64,000 nt of DNA from an uncultured Spirochaetota bacterium (lineage in GTDB: Bacteria; Spirochaetota; UBA4802; UBA5550): assembly GCA_963827275.1 (NCBI GenBank), contig CAWHAA010000007.1, positions 32,001 to 96,000 of the forward strand, in the 5' to 3' direction. The notes under the pieces are model-generated. The model had not been told where the DNA came from and made no database searches. It saw nothing but the letters and a program-made list of their open reading frames with translations. Both the position numbers and the translations under genes were made by a program. Shown piece by piece: positions 37,655 through 46,671 of the stretch; the first letter of the stretch is position 1; each line of letters begins with the position of its first letter.

Positions 37655-39661
37655 CTAATGAAACCCCTGCCTCAGGTTGTCGATCTTCTCGAGTATCAGG
37701 CGTCGTTTCGCGCTGTCCGTTTCATTGTCCAGATCGGCGACCAGGGAATTATATTCTTCTTTAATTTTCGTTTTTTTGTAGTAATGCATAAATGCTTTAA
37801 CAATATTCTCGTCAAAGTGCCTGCCGCTTTCACTGCGCAGGAGCTCATATGCCTCGGTAATTTGCAAGGGATCCCGGTAGTGGCGCTTCGCCGTTATTGC
37901 CTCGAAAAAATCGGCGACCGCGATAATCCTGGATCCAAGGGGTATCTTTGATCCTTTCAGGCCGCGCGGATAGCCGCTCCCGTCAAGTTTTTCATGATGG
38001 GAGCCCGCTATATCGGGGATTTCGGTATACTTCCCGACGAAATTGACCTGCTTCAGGATCTCTCTCGTTTTTTCAGCGTGGGTTTCGATTATTTTCCTCT
38101 CCTTGTTTTCAAGACGCCCCTTTTTCTTTAACAGAGAGTCGGAGATGCCGATTTTACCATAGTCATGAAGCGATGCGGCGATACCGACGATCTCGGTGTA
38201 TTCGTGCGGGATCTTCATCTCCCTGCAGATGCCCAGCGCGTACTCGGTAACCTTCTCCGAATGTCCGGCGGTGTACGGATCGCGGGCGTCGATGCTTGCG
38301 GCGAGCACCTTCAAAATTGATTTCAGCTGCTGCGACATGGCGTCGTAAAGCTCCGCGTTCTTGATGCCGATGCCGATGACCGAGGTGATGCCCGTCAACA
38401 GCCGCAGGTCGCTCTGGATCAGGGGCCGCTTTGTCTTCACGTTGTCCACGGTAAGAATTCCGATCGCTTCCCTGTTGCATACAATGGGACAGCAGATAAA
38501 GGAACGGGCGCCCATGTCCCTGAAAAACCGGATGCTCCGCGGTGAAAGGTTCTCCTCCTCTGAATAAACGTCATTTATCATGTACGGTTTTTTTTCCATG
38601 AATGACGAGATGAAAATGTCCCTGGATTTCGACCTGCCGATTTTAAATTCCGACTTCTTCAATATCCTGAGCTGTTGCTGCGTGTAGCCGAACCCGGTCT
38701 GAAACGTCAGGGTGTTGTTCTTCGGGTTTCTCAGGAGCAGCATGCCCCGGTCGAAGTCAAGGCGGTTTTTAAATATCCTGATGACAATTTCAAGGATGCT
38801 CTGTATGCTGATTTGCCTGCTGATGGCCTGTCCGATCTCATTGATCATGAGGGAGTGGTTGTAGTTGCTTTCCATCTGCTTGAGGAGCTCTTCATGGGAG
38901 CTCTCACGGTTCTGAAGAGACGTGCGGAGCTCTTTCTTGGTAAGGTAATCGCAGGCGAAGGTGAGGGCGAAAACAGCAAGCAGGACCGGAAACAGGAGGC
39001 TGATGACCGTTGACGGCGGGAGCAGCAGCGCAAGTATAATGCCCGCAACCGGCGCGATGATCAGCGAGATGTTTCTTGACCTTTTCAGCACCGAGAACCT
39101 GTTGCTTTCCCATGATATTATATAGCGGCATTTCTGCCCGCCGTTGAAGATGCATTCGGGGTGCTCTATCCTGGGGATCCTGTTGTTGAAAATGAGCGCG
39201 ATCGATTCGAAATGACCTATCCGGTTTTCGCACTGGAACTTTTTCTCGGCAACGCCCTCATGGGGGGTGGCCGTGATCTCGATTTTTTTTGAATTTATTT
39301 TTTTATATTCAAGTGTGCATGAACGGGTAAATTGCCGGGCGGCCTTTCCGATTATTTCGTAGACCTTTGCGGGGTTCATGAAGCCGAGTATATATTGGCG
39401 CATGACGCCGATCGATTCCGGGCTTGCCGCGTACCGGCCTGATTCGCGGGCGATTTTTTCATCCCCCGTCAGGCTGATAAGTTTTTCATGGAACCTGTTG
39501 ATCTGCTCCTGGGTGAACCAGTGGCTCTCGTCGGACACCTCGTATGATTTTATCCTGGCGTGCCCGAGCAGTTCATTGAGGTCAATATCGGGATAGGTGA
39601 TCCTGAGGTATTTCAGGTACGTATTGATGATACGGCTGTTATATAGCGCAGGTGTATTCAT
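37655..39661 (-). CDS. Membrane-anchored HD-GYP phosphodiesterase: N-terminal sensor, 2 TM, GAF, HD-GYP
   Basis: RDPYTAGHS.KV, LHDYGKIG, HHEKLDGSGYP.GL, RIIAVAD.FEA; GAF with SFICCPI; two hydrophobic helices. Confidence 0.9.
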   Translation of the reverse strand: MNTPALYNSRIINTYLKYLRITYPDIDLNELLGHARIKSYEVSDESHWFTQEQINRFHEKLISLTGDEKIARESGRYAASPESIGVMRQYILGFMNPAKVYEIIGKAARQFTRSCTLEYKKINSKKIEITATPHEGVAEKKFQCENRIGHFESIALIFNNRIPRIEHPECIFNGGQKCRYIISWESNRFSVLKRSRNISLIIAPVAGIILALLLPPSTVISLLFPVLLAVFALTFACDYLTKKELRTSLQNRESSHEELLKQMESNYNHSLMINEIGQAISRQISIQSILEIVIRIFKNRLDFDRGMLLLRNPKNNTLTFQTGFGYTQQQLRILKKSEFKIGRSKSRDIFISSFMEKKPYMINDVYSEEENLSPRSIRFFRDMGARSFICCPIVCNREAIGILTVDNVKTKRPLIQSDLRLLTGITSVIGIGIKNAELYDAMSQQLKSILKVLAASIDARDPYTAGHSEKVTEYALGICREMKIPHEYTEIVGIAASLHDYGKIGISDSLLKKKGRLENKERKIIETHAEKTREILKQVNFVGKYTEIPDIAGSHHEKLDGSGYPRGLKGSKIPLGSRIIAVADFFEAITAKRHYRDPLQITEAYELLRSESGRHFDENIVKAFMHYYKKTKIKEEYNSLVADLDNETDSAKRRLILEKIDNLRQGFH

Positions 39662-39902
39662 GATGGCGGACTACTGTTTTGTCGTGTGAATGTTTATCCG
39701 CTGAATAGTAAAGCGGGAGTTTGCACAAATATCAAGTAATTTAAAAATGGTATGATAAAAAATTTAGCGCGGGGCCTCCCGCTCATCACTATGGTCTCGC
39801 TCCGGGGCCCCGTGGGACAAAAAGCGCTGGACAGGACGCCTGAGAGTTTGCATTTCAGAAACAGCATACGTGCTGGAAAAAAATATATTCGAGGAAATTG
39901 CT

Positions 39903-41102
39903 ATGCTGAGTTCCGCCCAAATGGAAAAATACGCTGATGTTCTCATCTGGGGGCTTGAAACGGCCCGCACGAAGCCCTTTAAGCCCTATGACGTCATATT
40001 GCTCCGCTATGAATCGCCGTCACTTCCCCTGGCCGAAGCGCTCCATCGAAAGCTCCTGCAGAGGAAATGGAACGTGGTCGTTCGCGGCCTCTTGAATCCC
40101 GTCATGGAAAAGGACTTTTTCTCATATACCGATTCACGGCAGCGAAAATTCATCGGGGGCTGGGAAGAATCGTTTTTTGAACAAATCAACGGGAATATAT
40201 TTCTGTCCGCGCCTGAATCCCTTACGCACCTCAGGGATGTTGATCCGAAGCGCATCAACGAGGCGACGGTCGCGCGCCGCGCCCTCCGCCGCATAATGGA
40301 GCGGCGCGAGGAACAGGGCCTTTTCGGCTGGACGCTCTGCACGTACCCGACCGGGGAGCCTGCCCGGCGGGCGGGGCTGTCCGACAGGGAGTACGCGGGC
40401 CAGATTATAAAGGCCTGTTTCCTCAATGACCGGGACCCGGTCGCCCGGTGGAAAGGCATCTATGCCGATTCAATGGAAATAAAAAAATGGCTGAACCGCC
40501 TTCCGCTGAAAACGATCAGGGTTGAATCGAAGTCTTTCGACCTTTCGATCAGGCCTGGCGATAAGCGGCGGTTCCTCGGCGTGTCCGGCCACAATATCCC
40601 CTCTTTTGAAATTTTCACCTCGCCCGACTGGCGCGGGACAAGCGGCACCTACTACGCGAACCTTCCTTCGTACCGGAGCGGCAACCTGGTAAAAGGCGTG
40701 CGCCTCGAATTCAGGAACGGGTCCGTGGTGAAGGCCCGCGCCGCGCAGGGGGAATCGTTTTTGAAGAAGATGATGACCATGGACCCCGGCGCCTGCCGCG
40801 TCGGGGAATTCTCGCTCACCGACCGCCGCTTTTCCCGGATCGACCGCTTCATGGCGGACACCCTTTTCGACGAGAATTTCGGCGGGCCCGCCGGAAACTG
40901 CCACATCGCGATCGGCAATTCATATTCCGATACGTTTGCGGGGAATCCCGCGACCCTCACGGCGGCGGCGAAGAAGAAGCTCGGCTATAACGACTCGGCC
41001 CTTCATTGGGACCTGGTAAACACCGAGGAAAAAACGGTTACGGCTGAGCTCGCCGGCGGGAAGAAGATGCTCCTGTACGAGAAGGGGATGTTCCGCTATT
41101 GA
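39903..41102 (+). CDS. Aminopeptidase, M29 (AmpS/AmpT) family
   Basis: KYADVLI, NIPSFEIFTSP, GEFSL, LFDEN, HIAIG.SY, NDSALHWDLV. Confidence 0.88.
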   Translation: MLSSAQMEKYADVLIWGLETARTKPFKPYDVILLRYESPSLPLAEALHRKLLQRKWNVVVRGLLNPVMEKDFFSYTDSRQRKFIGGWEESFFEQINGNIFLSAPESLTHLRDVDPKRINEATVARRALRRIMERREEQGLFGWTLCTYPTGEPARRAGLSDREYAGQIIKACFLNDRDPVARWKGIYADSMEIKKWLNRLPLKTIRVESKSFDLSIRPGDKRRFLGVSGHNIPSFEIFTSPDWRGTSGTYYANLPSYRSGNLVKGVRLEFRNGSVVKARAAQGESFLKKMMTMDPGACRVGEFSLTDRRFSRIDRFMADTLFDENFGGPAGNCHIAIGNSYSDTFAGNPATLTAAAKKKLGYNDSALHWDLVNTEEKTVTAELAGGKKMLLYEKGMFRY

Positions 41103-41128
41103 TCCGGGTCCGCGTCCGCGCGTGTCAA

Positions 41129-41683
41129 TCAATGCGCCGCCGCGCGTAACTCCCTCTGGCATTCGGTTTCCAGACGGCCCGCCTCATCGGGGGCGATATG
41201 CCCTCCCTCGGTCATGAAGGGCAGCATCGCAAGGAGGTCCCCGGCCAGTTCCCTGCGCTGTGCCGCAGTCGTCACGGGCGATTCCCAGGCCTCCTTCTTC
41301 TTGAAGAATAATAGTTTGTTAACAAGGGTGGTTAATTGCATGTCATTGCTTTCGGGCTGGTTCCGGATTACATTCTGGAAAACGTCCCATTCAATCTCGG
41401 ACACGTAATCCGGGCGTTCTGTTACCGTACCTGATACGGGTTTGCCCGTGATGGCGGCTTTCGCGGCGGATCTCTGGGCTTCCTCTATATCTTCCTGGCT
41501 CATGGCGCTGGCGTTTGATTCGGCAGCCGGGCTGTCAGTGGCGGCCTGGTCCTTGCTTTCGGAAATGCCGGCGCTTCTATCGTCAAAATAGAACAGGGCG
41601 GCGATAATTATAGCGGCAAAAATCAGCGCGCCGATGATAATTGTAATTCTCGATCTGCTCTTAAATATATTTGCCGGGGCCAT
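41129..41683 (-). CDS. Hypothetical single-TM protein downstream of the lipase (candidate lipase helper)
   Basis: RBS GAGGAG; N-terminal TM helix, Ala/Ser/Glu linker, helical domain RPDYVSEIEW...LVNKLLF.K. Confidence 0.75.
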   Translation of the reverse strand: MAPANIFKSRSRITIIIGALIFAAIIIAALFYFDDRSAGISESKDQAATDSPAAESNASAMSQEDIEEAQRSAAKAAITGKPVSGTVTERPDYVSEIEWDVFQNVIRNQPESNDMQLTTLVNKLLFFKKKEAWESPVTTAAQRRELAGDLLAMLPFMTEGGHIAPDEAGRLETECQRELRAAAH

Positions 41684-41784
41684 GTATGCCGTCTCCTCGC
41701 AACTGGTTGTTTGAAAATATCCGATACCTGCCGCACGATGGTGCGCGTCTCCCCTCTGCGGATAGTATGGCGTATGCGAAAAAA

Positions 41785-41823
41785 GACCTCAGGTCAAACA
41801 TTTTTTATATTTGACCTGAGGTC
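41785..41823. repeat. Perfect 14-bp inverted repeat just downstream of the lipase gene (terminator or mRNA-stability hairpin)
   Basis: GACCTCAGGTCAAA-N11-TTTGACCTGAGGTC, followed on the minus strand by TTTTTT. Confidence 0.8.
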
Positions 41824-41844
41824 CGTTGAAGTCCCGGGCGCTGG

Positions 41845-43740
41845 TTACCACTGAATCGGCGCCGGCGGAGATACGGTGAATTCGAAGGTCTGGCCGGATC
41901 CTGACATCAGGGATGTAAACAGGGCATTGAACAGGATATTGCCCGTCATTGACGGGAACCGTGTCGTGCCCGTGAAGGTCAGCTTGCCGCTGCCGAGCGC
42001 CGATATGGGCCCGTCAAAATCGATCGGAAAATCAACCGGGTCCTTTGTGTGCACATAGGTGCCGATAGGAATGCCCAGGGCGGTTATGCTCTGTATCCTG
42101 ACATCCGCATACATGTGCCCGTGAACATGAAGGTTGCCGCCGTTATCCAGGGTGACGTCGCCGACCATCGGTTGCGTGCCGACGCCTGTTATCCTCATCT
42201 TCACCTGCATCGGTAAAATCACGTTGATGGGCGCCTTGAACTCGGGGACCGACAGGTTGCCCGTGATTTTTTTCGTGGTCATGTTGCAGTCTGCCGAAAA
42301 CGTTGACGTGCCCGGCATGGTAACTCTCTGCATCAGCGTTTTAAGGTGAACCACCGCGTCGAGTGGCCATGAGCTGAGGGAAACTATGAAGTCGCCCTCG
42401 GGGGCGTTCGCCGTGGTGACCGGCCGCGGGTTCGCTGAGCCGCACGTGCCGACGGCGGTCCTGCCGTCGAGGCGGTCCTCAAACCAGGCAAGCACGTAGG
42501 GCGAGGCCTGGAATTGCGTGGTGATGTGCTCGCCGGAAAATACCATGTACGTGGTGTTGACGCCGAGCGCGCAGTATTTTTCCTTCAGCTTCAGGCTCTG
42601 CTCGAGCTCGATGAATTCGTCCGAGGTGCCATGGTACATGTACACCGGGACTTCAATCGGGTTCTCTCCAAGGGTCTGCGCATCCAGTGTGTCATATACG
42701 GAAGGAATGCCCATGAGCTGGCTGAGAGGCATGTTGCCTATGACGTATGTCGAGAGCGAGGTGTTCATGAATTCAAAAAGCGCCTCGAATACGCACATCG
42801 ACAGCCCCTTGTTGACGGCGGCCTGGCCCTCGGCGTTCACGAGGTCGGTAAGCGGAATTCCTTCCGGATACTGCGACCAGAGGCCGATAACCGTTTCAAG
42901 CAGGAAGGCCGAACCGTTCTTCCCGTCAAGGTACGGCGCGACTTCGAAGAAGTTCGCGGGCACGCCGCCGGCGGCCACGCCGACCAGGTCGAGGTCGGGC
43001 AGGTAGCCGGGCTGCAGCTCGCCCGCCCACGCGGCGGTCTGTCCGCCCTGGGAATAGCCCCAGATCGCGACCTTGGCGTTCTTGCTCAGATTGGCGGATG
43101 ATATCTTGGATGCGGCAATGACGATATCAAGAAGCGCATGTCCCTGCGCCTTGCCCGACATGTAGGTGGGCACCGCGCCGATCGTATAGCCGGGATTGTC
43201 GGTAACGAGCACGGCATAATTCTTGTTGAGGGCCTGGGCGATATTCTCGTTTTCGTAATCGGTGCCGGCCTCAAACTGCACCGACGGCGCGCAGGTCTGG
43301 CAGAGGCCGTGCGTTCCGACCGCGTACGCGATTATGGGCCGGTTGCTGAAGAGGCTCCATGACTTTTCGGGGACAATCACGGTTCCCGTCACCACGTTTG
43401 GCGCGCCTAACGCATCTGTTGAATAATACATTACGTTCCACGCGTTGATTTCCGGCGCGCCGGCAATATTGACCACCGCCTCGCGGTACTTGATTATATC
43501 GCCATGGCTGCCGGAGGGCAGGGTGGAAGGCACCGTGTAAAAAGCCGTGTCTTCCGCGTCAAGGATGATTCCCGCCTGCGAGTCGGCAAGGGCCGGAAGC
43601 AGCGAGATGCCGGAAGAACTGTCGGTGTCATTGAAATCACAGCCGGAAAATGATAGTATTGATGCCGTGAAAAGAGCGACCAGTGCCATTGATGCGAATG
43701 GCAGAGAGATCAGACGATTAGGACAAATCTTTTTTTTCAT
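41845..43740 (-). CDS. Secretory lipase (LIP family alpha/beta hydrolase), predicted lipoprotein with extra C-terminal domain
   Basis: Lipobox FSG-C; VTGTVIVP, GTHG...CAPS, nucleophile GYSQGG, YHGTSD, GEH; RBS GGAGG. Confidence 0.88.
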   Translation of the reverse strand: MKKKICPNRLISLPFASMALVALFTASILSFSGCDFNDTDSSSGISLLPALADSQAGIILDAEDTAFYTVPSTLPSGSHGDIIKYREAVVNIAGAPEINAWNVMYYSTDALGAPNVVTGTVIVPEKSWSLFSNRPIIAYAVGTHGLCQTCAPSVQFEAGTDYENENIAQALNKNYAVLVTDNPGYTIGAVPTYMSGKAQGHALLDIVIAASKISSANLSKNAKVAIWGYSQGGQTAAWAGELQPGYLPDLDLVGVAAGGVPANFFEVAPYLDGKNGSAFLLETVIGLWSQYPEGIPLTDLVNAEGQAAVNKGLSMCVFEALFEFMNTSLSTYVIGNMPLSQLMGIPSVYDTLDAQTLGENPIEVPVYMYHGTSDEFIELEQSLKLKEKYCALGVNTTYMVFSGEHITTQFQASPYVLAWFEDRLDGRTAVGTCGSANPRPVTTANAPEGDFIVSLSSWPLDAVVHLKTLMQRVTMPGTSTFSADCNMTTKKITGNLSVPEFKAPINVILPMQVKMRITGVGTQPMVGDVTLDNGGNLHVHGHMYADVRIQSITALGIPIGTYVHTKDPVDFPIDFDGPISALGSGKLTFTGTTRFPSMTGNILFNALFTSLMSGSGQTFEFTVSPPAPIQW

Positions 43741-44087
43741 AAAATGCGAACCTCCACGAAATAATTTTAATCATTTACTCTATAATTACTGACATTACTG
43801 GCGTGGAATCTGTTTTCATTCAACCAGCCGACAGATTATGCAGCTTGTTTGCCGGCATTGATTCTACCCCACCCGCTATGCAGTAAATAATCATAAAATA
43901 TTTTTTCTGTCCCGCCAAAAAGAGGCGTATCAAAATATGTCATTTTATGACACATGAGTTTTTTGTGCCAAAGTAAGATATATCGGAAAATGTCATTTTC
44001 TGACCCGCGGGTTTTCGCCAAAGCGAGGCGCGCCAAAAAATGTCCAGATAACGTTATAAAAAGAAATATCCAAACGCTGTAGGCCTG

Positions 44088-44116
44088 AGTACTATATCTT
44101 ATAAAGATATAGTACT
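44088..44116. promoter_or_regulatory. Perfect 13-3-13 palindrome in the lipase/B-repeat gene divergent region
   Basis: AGTACTATATCTT-ATA-AAGATATAGTACT. Confidence 0.6.
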
Positions 44117-44269
44117 GTTAATGAGGCGTGGGCACGGCAAGGGCCGCCTTCTTGGTTCCGGCAAAAGGAACAAACATCGAGTATTTGCAGCGAGCACGCA
44201 TGGTGCGATGGCCGGGGTTCCGGTTATCAATAATTTTCATGCGGTGAAACAAACCGGGAGGTGGGGGGA

Positions 44270-46537
44270 ATGAAAAATAAAATTTTTGCAAACGGCATGG
44301 TGCGGCTGAGTGTTGCACGCCTGGTGCTGTCTTGCGTGGTGGCTCTGGCGGCGGCGGGATGTGACGCCGGCGGCGGCGGAGGCTCAAGCTTCTGGCTCTG
44401 GTTGTTCGGCGGGGGGTCCGATACCCCGTCAACATATTCCGTCATCTACGACGGCAACGGCAATACGGGCGGGACCGCCCCCGCTGATCCACAAGAGTAT
44501 GAGAAGGGGGCGATCGTCACCGTGCCCGGCAATACGGGCAATCTGGTGAAAACGGGATTTACCTTCGCCGGATGGAATACGGGCGCCGATGGCGGCGGCA
44601 CGACTTATTCACAGGGCCAGGTCTTTACCATGGGCGAGGCCGATGTGCGGCTGTATGCGAAATGGACGGCCCAGGCAACCTTCGCCGTCACCTATGACGG
44701 GAACGGAAACACGGGGGGAGAGGCGCCTGTTGACTCGACACGCTACCTGCCGGGACAGACGGTAACGGTGTTGTCTCCGGGCACGATCGTAAAAATCGGT
44801 TATACGTTCAATGGATGGAATACCGACGTCAACGGCAGCGGGACTTCATATGTTGCGGGCCAGACCTTTACCATGGAACCGGATAACGTGACGCTGTGGG
44901 CGCAGTGGACCGAACTGCCCACGAGTACGGTCACGTACGATGGCAATGACAATACGGGCGGCACCGTGCCGGCCGATGGCACCTTTTATCTGCAGGGCCA
45001 GCCGGTTATCGTATTGGGGAATACCGGGAATCTATCGAAAACCGGCTATACCTTTGCCGGATGGAATACGGATGAGGACGGCAACGGCGTTTCGTATGCG
45101 GCCGGTGAGACCTTTTACATGGGCGCGGAGGATGTCATCCTGTGGGCGCAGTGGACGGCGGAAGCGACCTATTCCGTCACATATAATGGCAACGGCAGCA
45201 CCGGAGGGGCCGTTCCGGTTGATCCCGCGCATTACCTCCCGGGCCAGACGGTGACCGTGCCGGGACCGGGCACGCTGGTACGGAGCGGGTACGCGTTCGC
45301 CGGGTGGAATACCGCCGCAAACGGCGGCGGAACAGCCTATGCACAGGGGCAAACGTTTACCATGGGCACGGCAGAGGTGGTCCTGTACGCGCAGTGGACG
45401 GCGGAAGCGACCTATTCCGTCACATATAATGGCAACGGCAGCACCGGGGGGGCCGTTCCGGTTGATCCCGCGCAATACCTGCCGGGCCAGACGGTGACCG
45501 TGCTGGGAGCGGGCACGCTGGTACGGAGCGGGTACACCTTCAGCGGATGGAATAGTGCGGCCGGCGGCGGCGGAACACCCTACGCTGCCGGGGCGGTATT
45601 CACCATGGGTTCCGGGAACGTGACTCTCTACGCGCAGTGGGTGCAGAATAATGGCAATTTCACGGAAGTAAAAAAGGGGTTTGACGCAGCGGGCGTACAG
45701 GTGAGCCAGCGGGAAACCGTATTTACAAGTCAGGCCGCATACGCGGCAACATACAACCCCCGGCAGCAGTTCGGGTATCTGCAGAATATCATATCATCAG
45801 GCGAAGGCGCATCCAGCATCCAGCCCCCGTACATTGTTACCATGAAGATCAGCAACGGGGCAGGGGCCAACGGAATCTGGATGGACTCGGACGATGTCGA
45901 TGTGTCGTATGTCTTGAACAGGTTCGATGAAAACGATGCAATATATGAAACGAACGTGTACCGTGATTTCTTTGGCGTACGGAGGCTTGAATATACGCGT
46001 TACACGCTGAACAGCGATGGCACCTATCACAAGATTTTATTCTATACCAACAGCGGCGTGCTTACGGGCTCTGTATATTTTACGAATGTGAGCGGTTTAA
46101 TGAAACAGCTGGACTACTGGTCCGGAGACGGATCGGGCACGCAGAACCAGCAGATCATCCTGACCTATGACGCTTCCCTGCGTCTGACCACCGTTCTCCA
46201 GTTGATGAATGATTGCTCCGGGGATGAATGCAGCGGCCTGAAAAATTTGCAGAAGGACGTGTATGAATATTCCGGGTCCAACGTGCAGGCTTCGAAGAGG
46301 AAGCTGTCGATGTGGGTGGTGGGCCTGATGGGCGGCTACTGGTATTCAATGGGAAGTCTTGATTATACGCTTAACGGCAGCGGGACACTTGTCCTGACGT
46401 CGACGGGTTCCCTCATGTCGGTCGGCTCTTCATCCTTATATACGTATACCGGCGCTGATTATTACGACAGAATAACCAGCTATAGCGATGAAGACTGGGG
46501 GACAATGTCGGGGTATTTCGAGTTCAGCTATTACTGA
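44270..46537 (+). CDS. InlB B-repeat (Listeria-Bacteroides repeat) lipoprotein with five repeats and an unknown C-terminal domain
   Basis: Lipobox AAG-C; five units of Y.V.Y.GNG.TGG..P.D...Y..G..V.V.....L...GY.F.GWNT...G.G..Y..G..F.M....V.L.A.W. Confidence 0.9.
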   Translation: MKNKIFANGMVRLSVARLVLSCVVALAAAGCDAGGGGGSSFWLWLFGGGSDTPSTYSVIYDGNGNTGGTAPADPQEYEKGAIVTVPGNTGNLVKTGFTFAGWNTGADGGGTTYSQGQVFTMGEADVRLYAKWTAQATFAVTYDGNGNTGGEAPVDSTRYLPGQTVTVLSPGTIVKIGYTFNGWNTDVNGSGTSYVAGQTFTMEPDNVTLWAQWTELPTSTVTYDGNDNTGGTVPADGTFYLQGQPVIVLGNTGNLSKTGYTFAGWNTDEDGNGVSYAAGETFYMGAEDVILWAQWTAEATYSVTYNGNGSTGGAVPVDPAHYLPGQTVTVPGPGTLVRSGYAFAGWNTAANGGGTAYAQGQTFTMGTAEVVLYAQWTAEATYSVTYNGNGSTGGAVPVDPAQYLPGQTVTVLGAGTLVRSGYTFSGWNSAAGGGGTPYAAGAVFTMGSGNVTLYAQWVQNNGNFTEVKKGFDAAGVQVSQRETVFTSQAAYAATYNPRQQFGYLQNIISSGEGASSIQPPYIVTMKISNGAGANGIWMDSDDVDVSYVLNRFDENDAIYETNVYRDFFGVRRLEYTRYTLNSDGTYHKILFYTNSGVLTGSVYFTNVSGLMKQLDYWSGDGSGTQNQQIILTYDASLRLTTVLQLMNDCSGDECSGLKNLQKDVYEYSGSNVQASKRKLSMWVVGLMGGYWYSMGSLDYTLNGSGTLVLTSTGSLMSVGSSSLYTYTGADYYDRITSYSDEDWGTMSGYFEFSYY
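45146..45631 (+). repeat. 243-bp tandem duplication (B-repeats 4 and 5)
   Basis: GCGCAGTGGACGGCGGAAGCGACCTATTCCGTCACATATAATGGC... starts at both 45146 and 45389. Confidence 0.9.
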
Positions 46538-46671
46538 TACTGTTTCACCACGGAGGCCGCGGGGCTCACTGAGGATCGGCCGCTGAATAATCAATGATCA
46601 GCGCCCCGTGACCTGCGCGGGTGTTTTTCAGATGCAGTGTGGCCATTGCTGCATGATCCCGCTCCGGCCGG

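Noticed and set aside
44120..44230. Possible c-di-GMP riboswitch upstream of the B-repeat lipoprotein
   Set aside because: Only a vague 3' resemblance; the GGCAAAC...GAAA...GACGCAAA core is absent.
45146..45631. Near-identical repeats as a DGR template/variable pair or CRISPR array
   Set aside because: They are in-frame protein repeats, mismatches are not adenine-specific, and no reverse transcriptase, cas genes or spacers are present.
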